Shown here one piece after another: positions 51,901 through 60,357 of a stretch of 64,000 nucleotides of DNA. Origin of the DNA: Armatimonadota bacterium (GTDB taxonomy: Bacteria > Armatimonadota > SYMT01). Every line of letters begins with the position of its first letter. The stretch's first letter is position 1. The stretch covers positions 84,357 to 148,356 of the forward strand of contig JBKBRF010000010.1 in the NCBI GenBank assembly GCA_046292385.1. The letters run 5' to 3'. The notes under the pieces are model-generated. The model saw nothing but the letters and a program-made list of their open reading frames with translations. It did not search any database and was not told the DNA's origin. The translations under genes were made by a program, and so were the position numbers.

Positions 51901-52304
51901 AGCCGCTGCTCGGAGAGGAACAGCTCTTCGCGCTCGCGCTCGCTTTCCTGGAGTCTCGCCAGGCGCTGCTCGGCCTTCGCCTGCGCGGAGCGGACGGCGC
52001 CGTTCATCCGGGAGATCAGGACTCCCGTGAGCGCGTAGCCGGCCAGGCGCAGCCCGCCCGCGGTGCCGGCGAAGACCGGGTGCACCCCCGGGGGGTAGAT
52101 GAGCAGCACGCCGGCGGTGGTGAGCCCGGTGGAGAGGAGGCCAGGCCCCAGGCCGCCGCGCCACCCCGAGATCACGATCGCGAGGAGGCACGGCAGCAGC
52201 GGGATCGGGTCGACCGCCCCTCGGAACACCACCGTGACGCCCAGCGCGAGCGCCGACGCCGCCAGGGCCTCGATGTAGGGAGCGTAAGTACGAAAAATGC
52301 TCAC
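48948..52304 (-). CDS. Hybrid sensor histidine kinase (DUF4118-like TM, 3 GAF, HisKA, HATPase, receiver)
   Basis: FLAMLAHELRNPL, NLLTNAAKYT, GGLGIGL, C-terminal LLDIGLPGMDG receiver. Confidence 0.93.
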   Translation of the reverse strand: MSIFRTYAPYIEALAASALALGVTVVFRGAVDPIPLLPCLLAIVISGWRGGLGPGLLSTGLTTAGVLLIYPPGVHPVFAGTAGGLRLAGYALTGVLISRMNGAVRSAQAKAEQRLARLQESEREREELFLSEQRLRQEAEERRQVADGQAESLQLAHEELQSQHEELQQVEEELRIQQDELRQAYEDLTRQRRHLTFLLEASITLASTLDVESTLQEVSRLAVPTIASACFIDLVDDEPVGSQRLRRVALVLEPDPRSEQIRALSERYPPDINAAFGSAVVVRSKQPVLYSEITDAVRIAAARDAEHLRLLREIGVTSYLAVPLLVDERLLGVIGFFSLDPNRTFGAEDVSLASDLARRCGLAVERHRLYQRVEAALADREAALRLHQELERGLTLLVEGSASLLGSLELDEVLSRLITISQTLIPADAYAVWRLPAGGDAWEMAASSGLSEGYQQGALRPVESHQLPQDPVAIPDVRAALLVKERQEGYRREGIESLLVLPLRIRGELRGTITLYFRQPHHFSELELRIGAALANLASAAVGTSELYEEQREMRAGAEAARWQASLVAEASEIVSSSLDWEQTLAAVAQFMVPALADWCSVHVVEEDGALRQLAVAHTDPAKVRWVHELQRRYPARQDSPYGAPAVARSGRSEMMAEIPPEVLEQAAQDDEHLELIRSLQLRSYIVVPLKARERILGTITLVHAESGRSYTGQDLELAEELARRAALALDNARLFRNLQEADRTKDEFLAMLAHELRNPLAAIRNSLELIRLRQLPHDVLHDEREVLERQIAHMGRLLDDLLDVSRITRGKIELRIQPAELGGVVHHAIQDARPLIDARGHTLHVELPDAPIRVRVDATRIEQVVANLLTNAAKYTEPGGEIWVRVTPEDRWVAISVRDTGVGITADDLPRIFELFVQTERPLDRTQGGLGIGLTLVRTLVEMHGGEVSAHSDGPGKGSEFVVRLPAGEQVALAGALEPPVTESRHAEDPSATAPEPGARRILVVDDNQDSADTLAEILEMWGAEVRVVYDGQSALAVAREFAPQVVLLDIGLPGMDGYAVARQLREREAETGSGLRLVALTGYGQQRDRDRSREAGFDYHLVKPVEFSALARILEA

Positions 52305-52485
52305 CAGGGAAACGCTCGCGGGGATACTTGGGCCGCGTGGAGGGGCCGGAGAGCGGGGAGAGGGCTGCCTCCCAGTTTACCACGGGTGTCCGGCATCCCT
52401 CGTGGGATCTCTTTCCGGACTGTGCCGCAGTCCACATCCTCGCCGGGGAGCTCGACGCAAAGCGGAACGGAGGGAGGGGCGATGA

Positions 52486-52590
52486 GGGAGAGGAGAGGGA
52501 TGGGGGATGTGTGCTCGGCGCCGGGTGCCGCGGCGGCTCACGCGACGCAAGCCGCCGGCGCCTTCATCCCCCATCCCCCTCCTCTCTCCC
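52486..52590. repeat. Purine/pyrimidine inverted-repeat hairpin
   Basis: gggagaggagagggatgggggatg ... catcccccatccccctcctctctccc just downstream of the barrel gene. Confidence 0.65.
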
Positions 52591-52603
52591 TGCTTACACC
52601 TCC

Positions 52604-53326
52604 TCAGAACCCGACGTTCACCGCGATCCCGGGATAGCGGCCGCGGATCAGCAGCCCGCTGACGCTGTACCGGTCCCAGGAGTAGGTGACGAGCTGGTGG
52701 AAGGCGTGCCCGTCGAAGGTGGGCGTGACCGACCACTGGTCGCCGAGCCGGATTACCATGCCGAACGGATAGACCAGCTCATCGTCGAACGAGCCGTAGA
52801 GGACGCTGAAGTACGGAGCGATGGGGAGACCCGTCTCCCGCTCCAGGTCCTTGGAGATCGTGACGAAGTAGGCCCGGCCGTACGGCGTGCCGATCCGGTC
52901 CGACGAAGTGCCGACGCTCACTGCCGGGCGGGTGGCGGTTTCCCGCAGGAGCCGCCAGTTCACCAGCGGGCCGACGTCGTCCGCCAGCGGGTTGTACTCG
53001 ATGCCGACCTGCAGGTCCTGGCTCAAGCGGTACATCAGCGTGTTGCGCCACTTCGCCCGGTCGATCACCCCGTGGGGGATCACGCGGAGGCCGTAGTTGA
53101 AGCGTGTCGCCAGTAGGTTTCCTGAACCTCGCACGGAGGTTCCCTCGCCGGGTCAGCTCGGTCAGCTCGGGGCGGCCGAGCCGCCGGGGTTGGCCGGGTT
53201 CGGCGTGCCGGTCGGCGGGGCCGGGTGCTGATGCCCCGCGCCGGATTCGCCGGGAGGCGCCTGCGCGGCCGCCGGGGCCGCCAGCATCACGGCGGCGAGC
53301 GCCGCGGCGGATAGAAGTCTCTTCAT
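52604..53326 (-). CDS. Probable UxxU selenoprotein: secreted outer-membrane beta-barrel-like protein (240 aa, Sec55 and Sec58)
   Basis: GGAG RBS + ATG 53326, signal peptide MKRLLSAAALAAVMLAAPAAA; in-frame TGA at 53162-53164 and 53153-53155; same frame continues into ORF 52604..53134 ending GIAVNVGF. Confidence 0.75.
53124..53142 (-). promoter_or_regulatory. Putative bacterial SECIS hairpin
   Basis: mRNA GAACCUC-CGUGC-GAGGUUC starting 10 nt after the second UGA, with GU in the apical loop. Confidence 0.65.
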
Positions 53327-53424
53327 CAAACCAGTCTCCACAGGAAAACAAGGGTACTCCCGGGATGGGACGGGAGAAGTAAGGTGCCGCGCGAAGGCGG
53401 CAGCGCGAGCCGTCGACGCAGAGG

Positions 53425-53817
53425 TCAGGCCGCGGGAGGTCCCCGTGGGGCGCAGAGCCGGAGCGACGGCGGCTCGCGCGGCGGCACGCTCCGCGGGCGG
53501 AGCGGAAGGATGAGACCGGTGTCTCCTGGCGAGTATGCAACACCCGGCGCGGGCAGGACGGCCGGCTCGAGCGTCAGCCGGCTCCCGGCCAGGGTCTCCG
53601 ATTCGTCCAGGCGGAAGTAGCACCCGCACGCCGGCGCCTTTATCCGGGCGAGCGGCGCAGCGCCTTCCTCGCCCTCACCGCAGCAGCAGGCCGAGCGGGT
53701 CGGCGGCTCGCACTGCCGCCCGTCGGCGCAGAACCAGCCTCCGGACCAGGTCCAGAGCGAGGCGAGCAGCAGCGGAAGCTGCGCCCATCTCCGCAGGCGG
53801 TGGGCTAGGAGGCGCAT
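53425..53817 (-). CDS. DUF2946/CruR/CutF-like Cys-rich leader protein with C-terminal RGPP arrest motif
   Basis: Basic/hydrophobic N-terminus, C-x5-C...CCC...CGC, Pro-rich linker, ends LCAPRGPPAA*. Confidence 0.7.
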   Translation of the reverse strand: MRLLAHRLRRWAQLPLLLASLWTWSGGWFCADGRQCEPPTRSACCCGEGEEGAAPLARIKAPACGCYFRLDESETLAGSRLTLEPAVLPAPGVAYSPGDTGLILPLRPRSVPPREPPSLRLCAPRGPPAA

Positions 53818-53862
53818 CTGACTTTCAGATTAGCCCGTCTCCGACGGGGCCAAACAAGCGGT

Positions 53863-56010
53863 TCACGTTCCACCCGGCTTCGGCGCCGCCTCCGCCGGTC
53901 TCCACGCGAGCAGCCGGAGCCCGTTGAACACGACGAGGAGGCTGGCGCCCATGTCGGCGAAGACCGCCATCCAGAGCGTCGCCGCGCCGCCGAGCGCGAG
54001 CGCGAAGAAGACCGCCTTGATGCCGACGGAGAGGGCGATGTTCTGCGCCAGGATGCGCGCGGTCCGGCGGCTCAGCCGGATCAGCTCCGGCACCCCGCGC
54101 AGGTCGTCCCCCATCAGCGCCACGTCGGCCGTCTCCAGGGCGGTGTCGGTGCCGGCAGCGCCCATCGCGAAGCCGACCGACGCCCGGGCCAGCGCGGGCG
54201 CGTCGTTGATGCCGTCGCCGACCATCCCGACGTGCCGGTGCACCCGAAGTAGCTCCTCAATCGCCGCCAGCTTTTCCTCCGGCAGCAGGCCGCCGCGCGC
54301 GTCGTCGATCCCCACGTGCGCCGCCACCGCTTCGGCCGTCGCCCGGTTGTCGCCGGTCAGCATGACGGTGCGGACCCCCAGCGCGTGCAGCTCCCGCAGT
54401 GCCGCGGCGCTGTCTTCCCGGGGCTGGTCCGCCACTCCCAGCAGGAGCAGCGGCTCGCGCCCGTCGGAGAGGAGCACCGCGGTCTTTCCCTGCCGCTCCA
54501 GGGCACGCATCCGCTCGGCCGCCGCGGGGGTGGCAACGCCCAGCTCGTCCGCGAGGCGATGGTTTCCGACGTAGTAGCGCCGGCCGGCGATCTCGCCGCT
54601 CGCGCCGCGGCCGACCAGCACCTCGAACCGTTCCGCGGAGAGCAGGCCGGCCGGGTCGCCGCCGGTGGAGAGCCAGTGGGAGACGACGGCCCCCGCCACC
54701 GGGTGCTCCGAGTGGGCGTTCAGGCTGGCAGCGATCCGCAGCAGCTCCGGCGCGGGCGCGCCGTTGAGCGCAGCCAGGTCGGTGACCTCCGGCCGGCCGC
54801 GGGTGAGCGTGCCGGTCTTGTCGAGCGCCAGCACTCGCAGCCGCCGCACCTCCTCCAGGTAGACCCCGCCTTTGACCAGGATCCCCGCCCGCGCCGCGGC
54901 GGCGAGCCCGCTCACCACCGTCACCGGGGTGGAGAGGACCAGCGCGCACGGGCACGAGATGACCAGCAGCACCAGCGCGCGGTAGAGCCACTCCGGGAAC
55001 GAGGCCCCGAGCAGCAGCGGCGGAACGGTCGCCACTCCCACCGCGAGCGCCACGACCGCGGGGGTGTAAACGCGCGCGAAGCGGTCGATGGCGCGCTGGG
55101 TCGGGGCTCGCTGCGCCTGGGCCTCCTGGACGGAGCGGACGATGCGGTCGAGCGTGGTGTTCCCCCACGCCGCCGTCACCTCCACCTCCAGCACGCCGCG
55201 GCCATTCACCGTGCCGGCGAAGACCGGGTCGCCGGCGCCCTTCTCGGCCGGAATGCTCTCTCCGGTGATCGGCGCTTCGTCGACCGCCGAGCGGCCGGCC
55301 ACGACCGTCCCGTCGAGCGGCACCCGCTCTCCCGGCCGCACCCGCAGCACCGAGCCGGGCGGCACCTCCGCGGCCGGCACTTCCCGCCAGCCGCCGGGCG
55401 TGCGCAGTGTCGCCCGCTGGGGCGAGAGCTCCATCAGCGAGCGGACCGCATTCCGCGCGCGGTCGAGCGAATGAGCCTCGATCTCCTCCGCCAGCGCGAA
55501 GAGGACCGTAACCATCGCCGCCTCCGGCCACTCACCGATCGCGACGGCGCCGAGGATGGCGATCGACATCAGGAAGTTGATGTTGAGGGTGAACGAGCGG
55601 AGCGCGTAGAAGCCGCGGCGGAGCGTCTCGCGCCCGCCGATCAGGATCGCCGCCAGGGAGAGCAGCACCACCGGCGCGGAGGCCTCGGCGCCGGTGAGCC
55701 ACCCGGCCGATTCCGCCGCCAGCGCGCAGAGCCCCGCCGCCCCCAGCGGCACCCACTCTCGGAAGCGCGCGGCGGGCGCCTCCGACACGGTCTCCGAAGC
55801 CCCCGGGCCGCGGATCTCCGCCGCCATCCCGATCGACGCCAGTGCCGAGATCAGCTCCCGCTCGTCCGGCAGGCGGTGCTCCACCCGCACGTCGCGCTCC
55901 AGCAGGTTTACCTGCAGGTTCTCGATCCCACTGACCTTCGCCAGCCGCGCGCGGATCAGCTGCTCTTCGGTAGGGCAGCAGAGATCCGGAACGTGAAGGA
56001 CGGTGCGCAT
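53863..56010 (-). CDS. Heavy-metal-translocating P1B-type ATPase (ZntA/CadA-like)
   Basis: N-terminal HMA LCCPTEE, TGES, SCPC, DKTGT, SEHP, GDGINDAP, TM8 FADMG. Confidence 0.95.
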   Translation of the reverse strand: MRTVLHVPDLCCPTEEQLIRARLAKVSGIENLQVNLLERDVRVEHRLPDERELISALASIGMAAEIRGPGASETVSEAPAARFREWVPLGAAGLCALAAESAGWLTGAEASAPVVLLSLAAILIGGRETLRRGFYALRSFTLNINFLMSIAILGAVAIGEWPEAAMVTVLFALAEEIEAHSLDRARNAVRSLMELSPQRATLRTPGGWREVPAAEVPPGSVLRVRPGERVPLDGTVVAGRSAVDEAPITGESIPAEKGAGDPVFAGTVNGRGVLEVEVTAAWGNTTLDRIVRSVQEAQAQRAPTQRAIDRFARVYTPAVVALAVGVATVPPLLLGASFPEWLYRALVLLVISCPCALVLSTPVTVVSGLAAAARAGILVKGGVYLEEVRRLRVLALDKTGTLTRGRPEVTDLAALNGAPAPELLRIAASLNAHSEHPVAGAVVSHWLSTGGDPAGLLSAERFEVLVGRGASGEIAGRRYYVGNHRLADELGVATPAAAERMRALERQGKTAVLLSDGREPLLLLGVADQPREDSAAALRELHALGVRTVMLTGDNRATAEAVAAHVGIDDARGGLLPEEKLAAIEELLRVHRHVGMVGDGINDAPALARASVGFAMGAAGTDTALETADVALMGDDLRGVPELIRLSRRTARILAQNIALSVGIKAVFFALALGGAATLWMAVFADMGASLLVVFNGLRLLAWRPAEAAPKPGGT

Positions 56011-56275
56011 GATGAATCGGGCTACCGGGCGACGCTTACCTCCCTATTCTTACCGCTTACGCCTCGAACGTGGCGAGCGTTGGGGGTGTCCCTCGGCCGC
56101 TCTTCCGGCGAGACCGGATCAACCCGTCCGCTCTGGTGACCCACGTAGTCCGCCCCGGGCCTTGAGAGTTCTTCCCAGTATTCGCCTTCCCGGAGTTCAC
56201 TCACAGACAGAGCTGCCGATTCCACTCCGTGCACTCGGGATGGATGAAGATCGGTGGGAGCTACTTCTTACGCGG

Positions 56276-56395
56276 CCTCACCCCCGGCCCCTCTCCCGGG
56301 AGGAGAGGGGAGCTGTCGGTGTAGAGCTGATCAGGACCCCCCGTTCCACTTCCGGGAAGGCCTGTCCCCCGAACGAGGCAGGGCTGGGGGTGGGC
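56276..56395. repeat. REP-like pair (CCTCACCCC..CCCTCTCC..GGAGAGGGG type)
   Basis: cctcacccccggcccctctcccgggaggagagggg plus a degenerate inverted copy near 56361-56395. Confidence 0.6.
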
Positions 56396-56454
56396 CGCGT
56401 CGATCGGCGACCCTTCGCTGCTCTTCCGGAACTAACTTCAGGGCGGTGACGCGA

Positions 56455-56793
56455 CTAACGCGGGCCGGGCGGCTGGTCGTCGGCGTCGTTCTCCGGCCGG
56501 TCCGGGGCTCCCTCGCGGCGGAAGTCCCGGCTCTCCTGGCTGCCCCAGGGATCGGTCTCATCCGGAAGACCGGCGTGGGTGACTTCGATGCCGTTCGCCC
56601 GCTCCGGAGCGCGGTCGATCCGCTCCGTGTCGAGCAGCGGTTTGTCCTCCCGCTCCACCAGCGGGCCCGGGTAGTAGCTGCCGAAGCCTTCGCCCTCACC
56701 GGAGTCGACCGGCTCCCGGGCTTCCGGCTCCAGTTGGTCCCGGGTGTACTGCGGATTCAGCACTTCTTCGGCGTCCACGCGGCTCTGTGCCAT
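56455..56793 (-). CDS. Small acidic, probably disordered protein (112 aa)
   Basis: MAQSRVDAEEVLNPQY...; strong purine-rich RBS; tail of shadow ORF 56455..58356. Confidence 0.7.
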   Translation of the reverse strand: MAQSRVDAEEVLNPQYTRDQLEPEAREPVDSGEGEGFGSYYPGPLVEREDKPLLDTERIDRAPERANGIEVTHAGLPDETDPWGSQESRDFRREGAPDRPENDADDQPPGPR

Positions 56794-56814
56794 GCTCTCC
56801 CCCTTTTCTCCTGC

Positions 56815-56841
56815 GTACCCGGGTCCGGGAGCGGCCGAAAC
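56815..56841 (-). promoter_or_regulatory. SigB/SigF-type promoter candidate
   Basis: GTTTC-N16-GGGTAC upstream of 56793. Confidence 0.45.
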
Positions 56842-56937
56842 GGAGCCCTGCTCCGAAAGAAGGAACCGCGCGCCCTCTGGAGAAGGGGCAAGTAGCGTGA
56901 CACAGTGAGGTTCGCAGCTGTCTCGAGGAGGAGACCC

Positions 56938-58221
56938 ATGCCCGCACCCGACCTTTCCCGCCGTGAGCTGCTCAAGTCGGCCGCGCTTTCCGCAGGGGCG
57001 CTCGCGGCGACCTCCCTCGCTCCCCCCGCCGCCCACGGCGCGAACGACCGCCTCCGCTTCGCCGTGATCGGGTGCGGCGGGATGGGGGGTGGGCACCTGG
57101 GCGGCCTGATGCGCCGCGCGGAGGCCGACAACCTGCAGGTCGTCGCCGTGTGCGACGTCTACCAGCGGCGGCTCACCCGGGCCCGGGCCGCGAGCAGCAG
57201 CGACGGCTATCTCGACTACCGCAAGCTGCTGGAGCGTCCGGACATCGACGCCGTGCTGATCGCCACGCCGGACCACTGGCACGCGAAGATCGCCATGGAC
57301 GCGATGGAAGCGGGGAAGCACGTCTACTGCGAGAAGCCGATGACTCACACGGTGGAGCAGGCGATCGCGCTGCGCGACGCGGTCCGGCGGAGCGGCAAAG
57401 TGCTGCAGGTCGGGCCGAACGCCACCGCGAGCGACGGCTACTGGCAGGCTCACGAGGCGATCCGGAGCGGCCGGCTCGGCAAGGTCACCTGGGCCCAGGG
57501 GAGCTACAATCGGAACGCAAAGATCTGCCTCTTCAACGAGCACCAGAAGATCGACCCGACCGCCGGGCCGGGCAAAAGCGGGGAGGACTACGTCGACTGG
57601 GACATGTGGCTGGGCCACCGCTGGGGGCTGGCGCCGAAGATCCCCTGGAATCCGGAGCACTTCTTCCGGTTCCGGAAGTACTTTCCGTACAACGGCGGGG
57701 TGGCGACCGATCTCCTCTACCACAAGCTCGCGCCGCTGCTCATCGCCCTGGCGGGACCGAACGGGCAGTACCCCACCCGGGTCAATGCGAACGGGGGCCT
57801 CTACGTGGAAAAGGACGGGCGAGAGATCCCGGATACGTTCCTGATGACCGCCGATTACCCGGGCGAGTTCACCGTCTTTCTCGTCAGCACGCTCACGAAC
57901 GATGCCCAGCTTCCGGACCGGATCTACGGCAAGCTCGGCACCATGGATCTGGGCGGGGAGCCGCACCTGACCGTCAACGGCGAGCTGGTGGAGGAGTTCC
58001 GCGCCAAGAACGGCGGGCAGACCGAGGCGCGCCTGCCGCTGCAGCCGCGGCGCGACCTGGTGGGGAACTTCGTCGACGCGATCCGCGGAAAGGACCCGCT
58101 CCACTGCAACGCGGAGCTCGGCGCCGCCACCATGGTCGCCATCAAGATGGCGGTGGAGTCGTACCGGCAGAGCCGCACGATGCTCTGGGACGCGAAGCGG
58201 GAGAGGGTGGTGAAGGGATGA
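56938..58221 (+). CDS. Gfo/Idh/MocA family oxidoreductase (Tat)
   Basis: SRRELLK, IGCGGMG, ATPDHWH, VYCEKP. Confidence 0.93.
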   Translation: MPAPDLSRRELLKSAALSAGALAATSLAPPAAHGANDRLRFAVIGCGGMGGGHLGGLMRRAEADNLQVVAVCDVYQRRLTRARAASSSDGYLDYRKLLERPDIDAVLIATPDHWHAKIAMDAMEAGKHVYCEKPMTHTVEQAIALRDAVRRSGKVLQVGPNATASDGYWQAHEAIRSGRLGKVTWAQGSYNRNAKICLFNEHQKIDPTAGPGKSGEDYVDWDMWLGHRWGLAPKIPWNPEHFFRFRKYFPYNGGVATDLLYHKLAPLLIALAGPNGQYPTRVNANGGLYVEKDGREIPDTFLMTADYPGEFTVFLVSTLTNDAQLPDRIYGKLGTMDLGGEPHLTVNGELVEEFRAKNGGQTEARLPLQPRRDLVGNFVDAIRGKDPLHCNAELGAATMVAIKMAVESYRQSRTMLWDAKRERVVKG

Positions 58222-58919
58222 ACCGCCGCACATTCGGAGCCGCGGCGCTCGGCGGCCTGGCCGCGCTGGCCGGAACGCGGGCGAGCGCGGCCGAAAACAG
58301 GCTCTCCCCGCAGGAGCGCGCCGAGGGCTGGATCCTGCTCTTCGACGGCGAGACACTGAACGGCTGGACCACCAGCAGCCGGCAGCCGAGCCGCACCCCC
58401 GTGGAGGACGGCGCGCTCAACCCGCACCGGTGCGGCGGGTACATGTTGATCCACGAACAGCAGTGGTCCGACTTTATCCTGGCGCTCGACTTCAAGCTGA
58501 GCAAGGGGTGCAACAGCGGCGTGTTCCTCCGCACCTTCCCGCTCACGCCGCGCCCGGGCAAGGACGTCGGCTTCAACGGCCTCGAGGTGGCGTTGGACGA
58601 CACCACCGGCGCCGGCTATCACGACACCGGCGCGATCTACGACCTGGTAAAGCCGGCGCGGAACGCGATGAAGCCGGCCGGGGAGTGGAACCGGATGCGG
58701 ATTACCTGCGACCGGAGCCGCATCGAGGTGGAGTTGAACGGGGAGCGGGTAACGCGGATGGACCTGGATCAATTCACCGAGCCGTACCGCCGCCCCGACG
58801 GCTCCGAGCACAAGTTCGACGTCGCCTACCGGGACCACCCGCGCCGGGGCTACCTGGGACTGCAGGACCACGGCTCGCCCTGCTGGTTCCGGAACGTCAA
58901 GCTCCGCCAACTCCCGTGA
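58218..58919 (+). CDS. DUF1080 (3-keto-disaccharide hydrolase) protein
   Basis: MNRRTF Tat, GWILLFDGETLNGW, NSGVF, GEWN, GLQDHG..WFRNVK. Confidence 0.9.
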   Translation: MNRRTFGAAALGGLAALAGTRASAAENRLSPQERAEGWILLFDGETLNGWTTSSRQPSRTPVEDGALNPHRCGGYMLIHEQQWSDFILALDFKLSKGCNSGVFLRTFPLTPRPGKDVGFNGLEVALDDTTGAGYHDTGAIYDLVKPARNAMKPAGEWNRMRITCDRSRIEVELNGERVTRMDLDQFTEPYRRPDGSEHKFDVAYRDHPRRGYLGLQDHGSPCWFRNVKLRQLP

Positions 58920-59325
58920 GGCTGCGCCGGTAGGAGCCGGACATCGAGTCGCTGACGATCGCCGATGCTGTCGAAGTAGTGGGTCTCCCGGGACGAGAGG
59001 TCGGTCTCGTGGTCGACCGGGTACGTCTGGGCCTGACCGACCGGCTGCCTCGGCACAGCCCGGTCGCGACCACGGAGCTCCCGGCATCTCGCAAGCCCTC
59101 CGCGATCCGCCTCTCCTCCAACTTCTCGTCCTACAGGTCTCTACCGGCCACTACAGGCAGCGGTGGCTCCGCAGGCCCCGGGTCGGTTCCTCTTCGACCG
59201 CGGGATGGCGCGGCGCCGCGTCCCCGGCGGGCGGTGCCGCGCGCCCATGACGACGTTGCGCCCTTTTCTGGGTAGAATCCGCCGAGCCGGGTTTGGTTTC
59301 GGTTCACCCAGGAAGGGGCGTGGAG

Positions 59326-60252
59326 ATGGAGCAGGGTCGGGGCACGGGCAGGCTTCCCGGAGCATCGCCGCGAGAGCGGCTGGCAAGCGCGTTCACGCGG
59401 CCGCCCTATGCGGGGATCTGGGCGCTGTTGGCAGCGGCCCTGGCGACCTTCCTGCTGTTCGTCTTCCTCACTCGCCCCGAGCCGCTGGAGCAGGTGGCGG
59501 TGGTGCGGCCCACGCCGCCGCCGTCGCCCGCGCCCGCCGTTACCCGGACCCCGCAGGCGGAGGAAGAGAAGCCGGAGCCGGAAGAGCTGCCGCGGGTGCG
59601 AGTCCGCGCGGTCCTGCCGCCCGCGGGCGCGAATACCCCGGCGGCCAACACGCCGGCAAGCAACGCGCCCGCCGCCAACGGCCCGGCTGCGAACCAGCCG
59701 GCGGCAAACGCGCCTGCCCCCGCCCGCCCCGGGACGGAGGAGCGCTCACCGGCGCGTCCCACGCCGCCCACCCGGCCGGTGGAGGAGCAGCCGGCGACGC
59801 CCCCGGTGGAGGTGATCCCGCCGACCGAGACCGGCAGGCCGCCGCTCCCGGCGCCGGTGGAGCCCCGGCCGCAGCCGCGACCGCGCGCGGAGCCGCGGCG
59901 CACGCCGCCGGTCTCGGAGGTCCGCCCCGCAACCGGCGAGCTCTCGATCTACTTCGACGCGGACAGCAGCACTTTCGCGCGCGGCCAGCGCCGCCTACCG
60001 CTGCGGGTGGAGGTCTACGTGGACGGCGTCCGCCAACTCGTCACCGACGATCCGGAGAAGCGGGAGTTCATCATCGGCAGCATCCCCGCGGGCCGGCACG
60101 AGATCGCCATTGTCCCGTACGTGGGAGACGCTCCCGCGGATCCGCGCCGGGAGATCGTGCGCATCCCCGCCGACTCGGAGCGGCGCTTCAAGGCGGTCCT
60201 GCGCCGCTCCAACGGCGTCTCCCGCGTCGGCAAATGGCAGGAACAGGATTAG
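59326..60252 (+). CDS. Membrane-anchored proline-rich protein with C-terminal beta domain
   Basis: One TM, AN(T/A/G/Q)PA repeats, Pro-rich stalk. Confidence 0.7.
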   Translation: MEQGRGTGRLPGASPRERLASAFTRPPYAGIWALLAAALATFLLFVFLTRPEPLEQVAVVRPTPPPSPAPAVTRTPQAEEEKPEPEELPRVRVRAVLPPAGANTPAANTPASNAPAANGPAANQPAANAPAPARPGTEERSPARPTPPTRPVEEQPATPPVEVIPPTETGRPPLPAPVEPRPQPRPRAEPRRTPPVSEVRPATGELSIYFDADSSTFARGQRRLPLRVEVYVDGVRQLVTDDPEKREFIIGSIPAGRHEIAIVPYVGDAPADPRREIVRIPADSERRFKAVLRRSNGVSRVGKWQEQD

Positions 60253-60357
60253 AAGGCAAAAGTCAAAAGGCTAAAGTGGCAACCCCGCGCTCGCGTAGCA
60301 ACTTCCGAGGCAGCATGACGGTCTAACCTTCGACGGAAAGGCGAAAGGTAGGACCCA

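Noticed and set aside
53153..53164. Barrel gene as a simple nonsense pseudogene
   Set aside because: Both stops are UGA, CxxC-spaced and followed by a SECIS-like hairpin with the rest of the frame intact; disfavoured but not excluded without sel genes
58850..59121. Small minus-strand ORFs after DUF1080
   Set aside because: No convincing RBS/start or family motif, and they overlap the DUF1080 end
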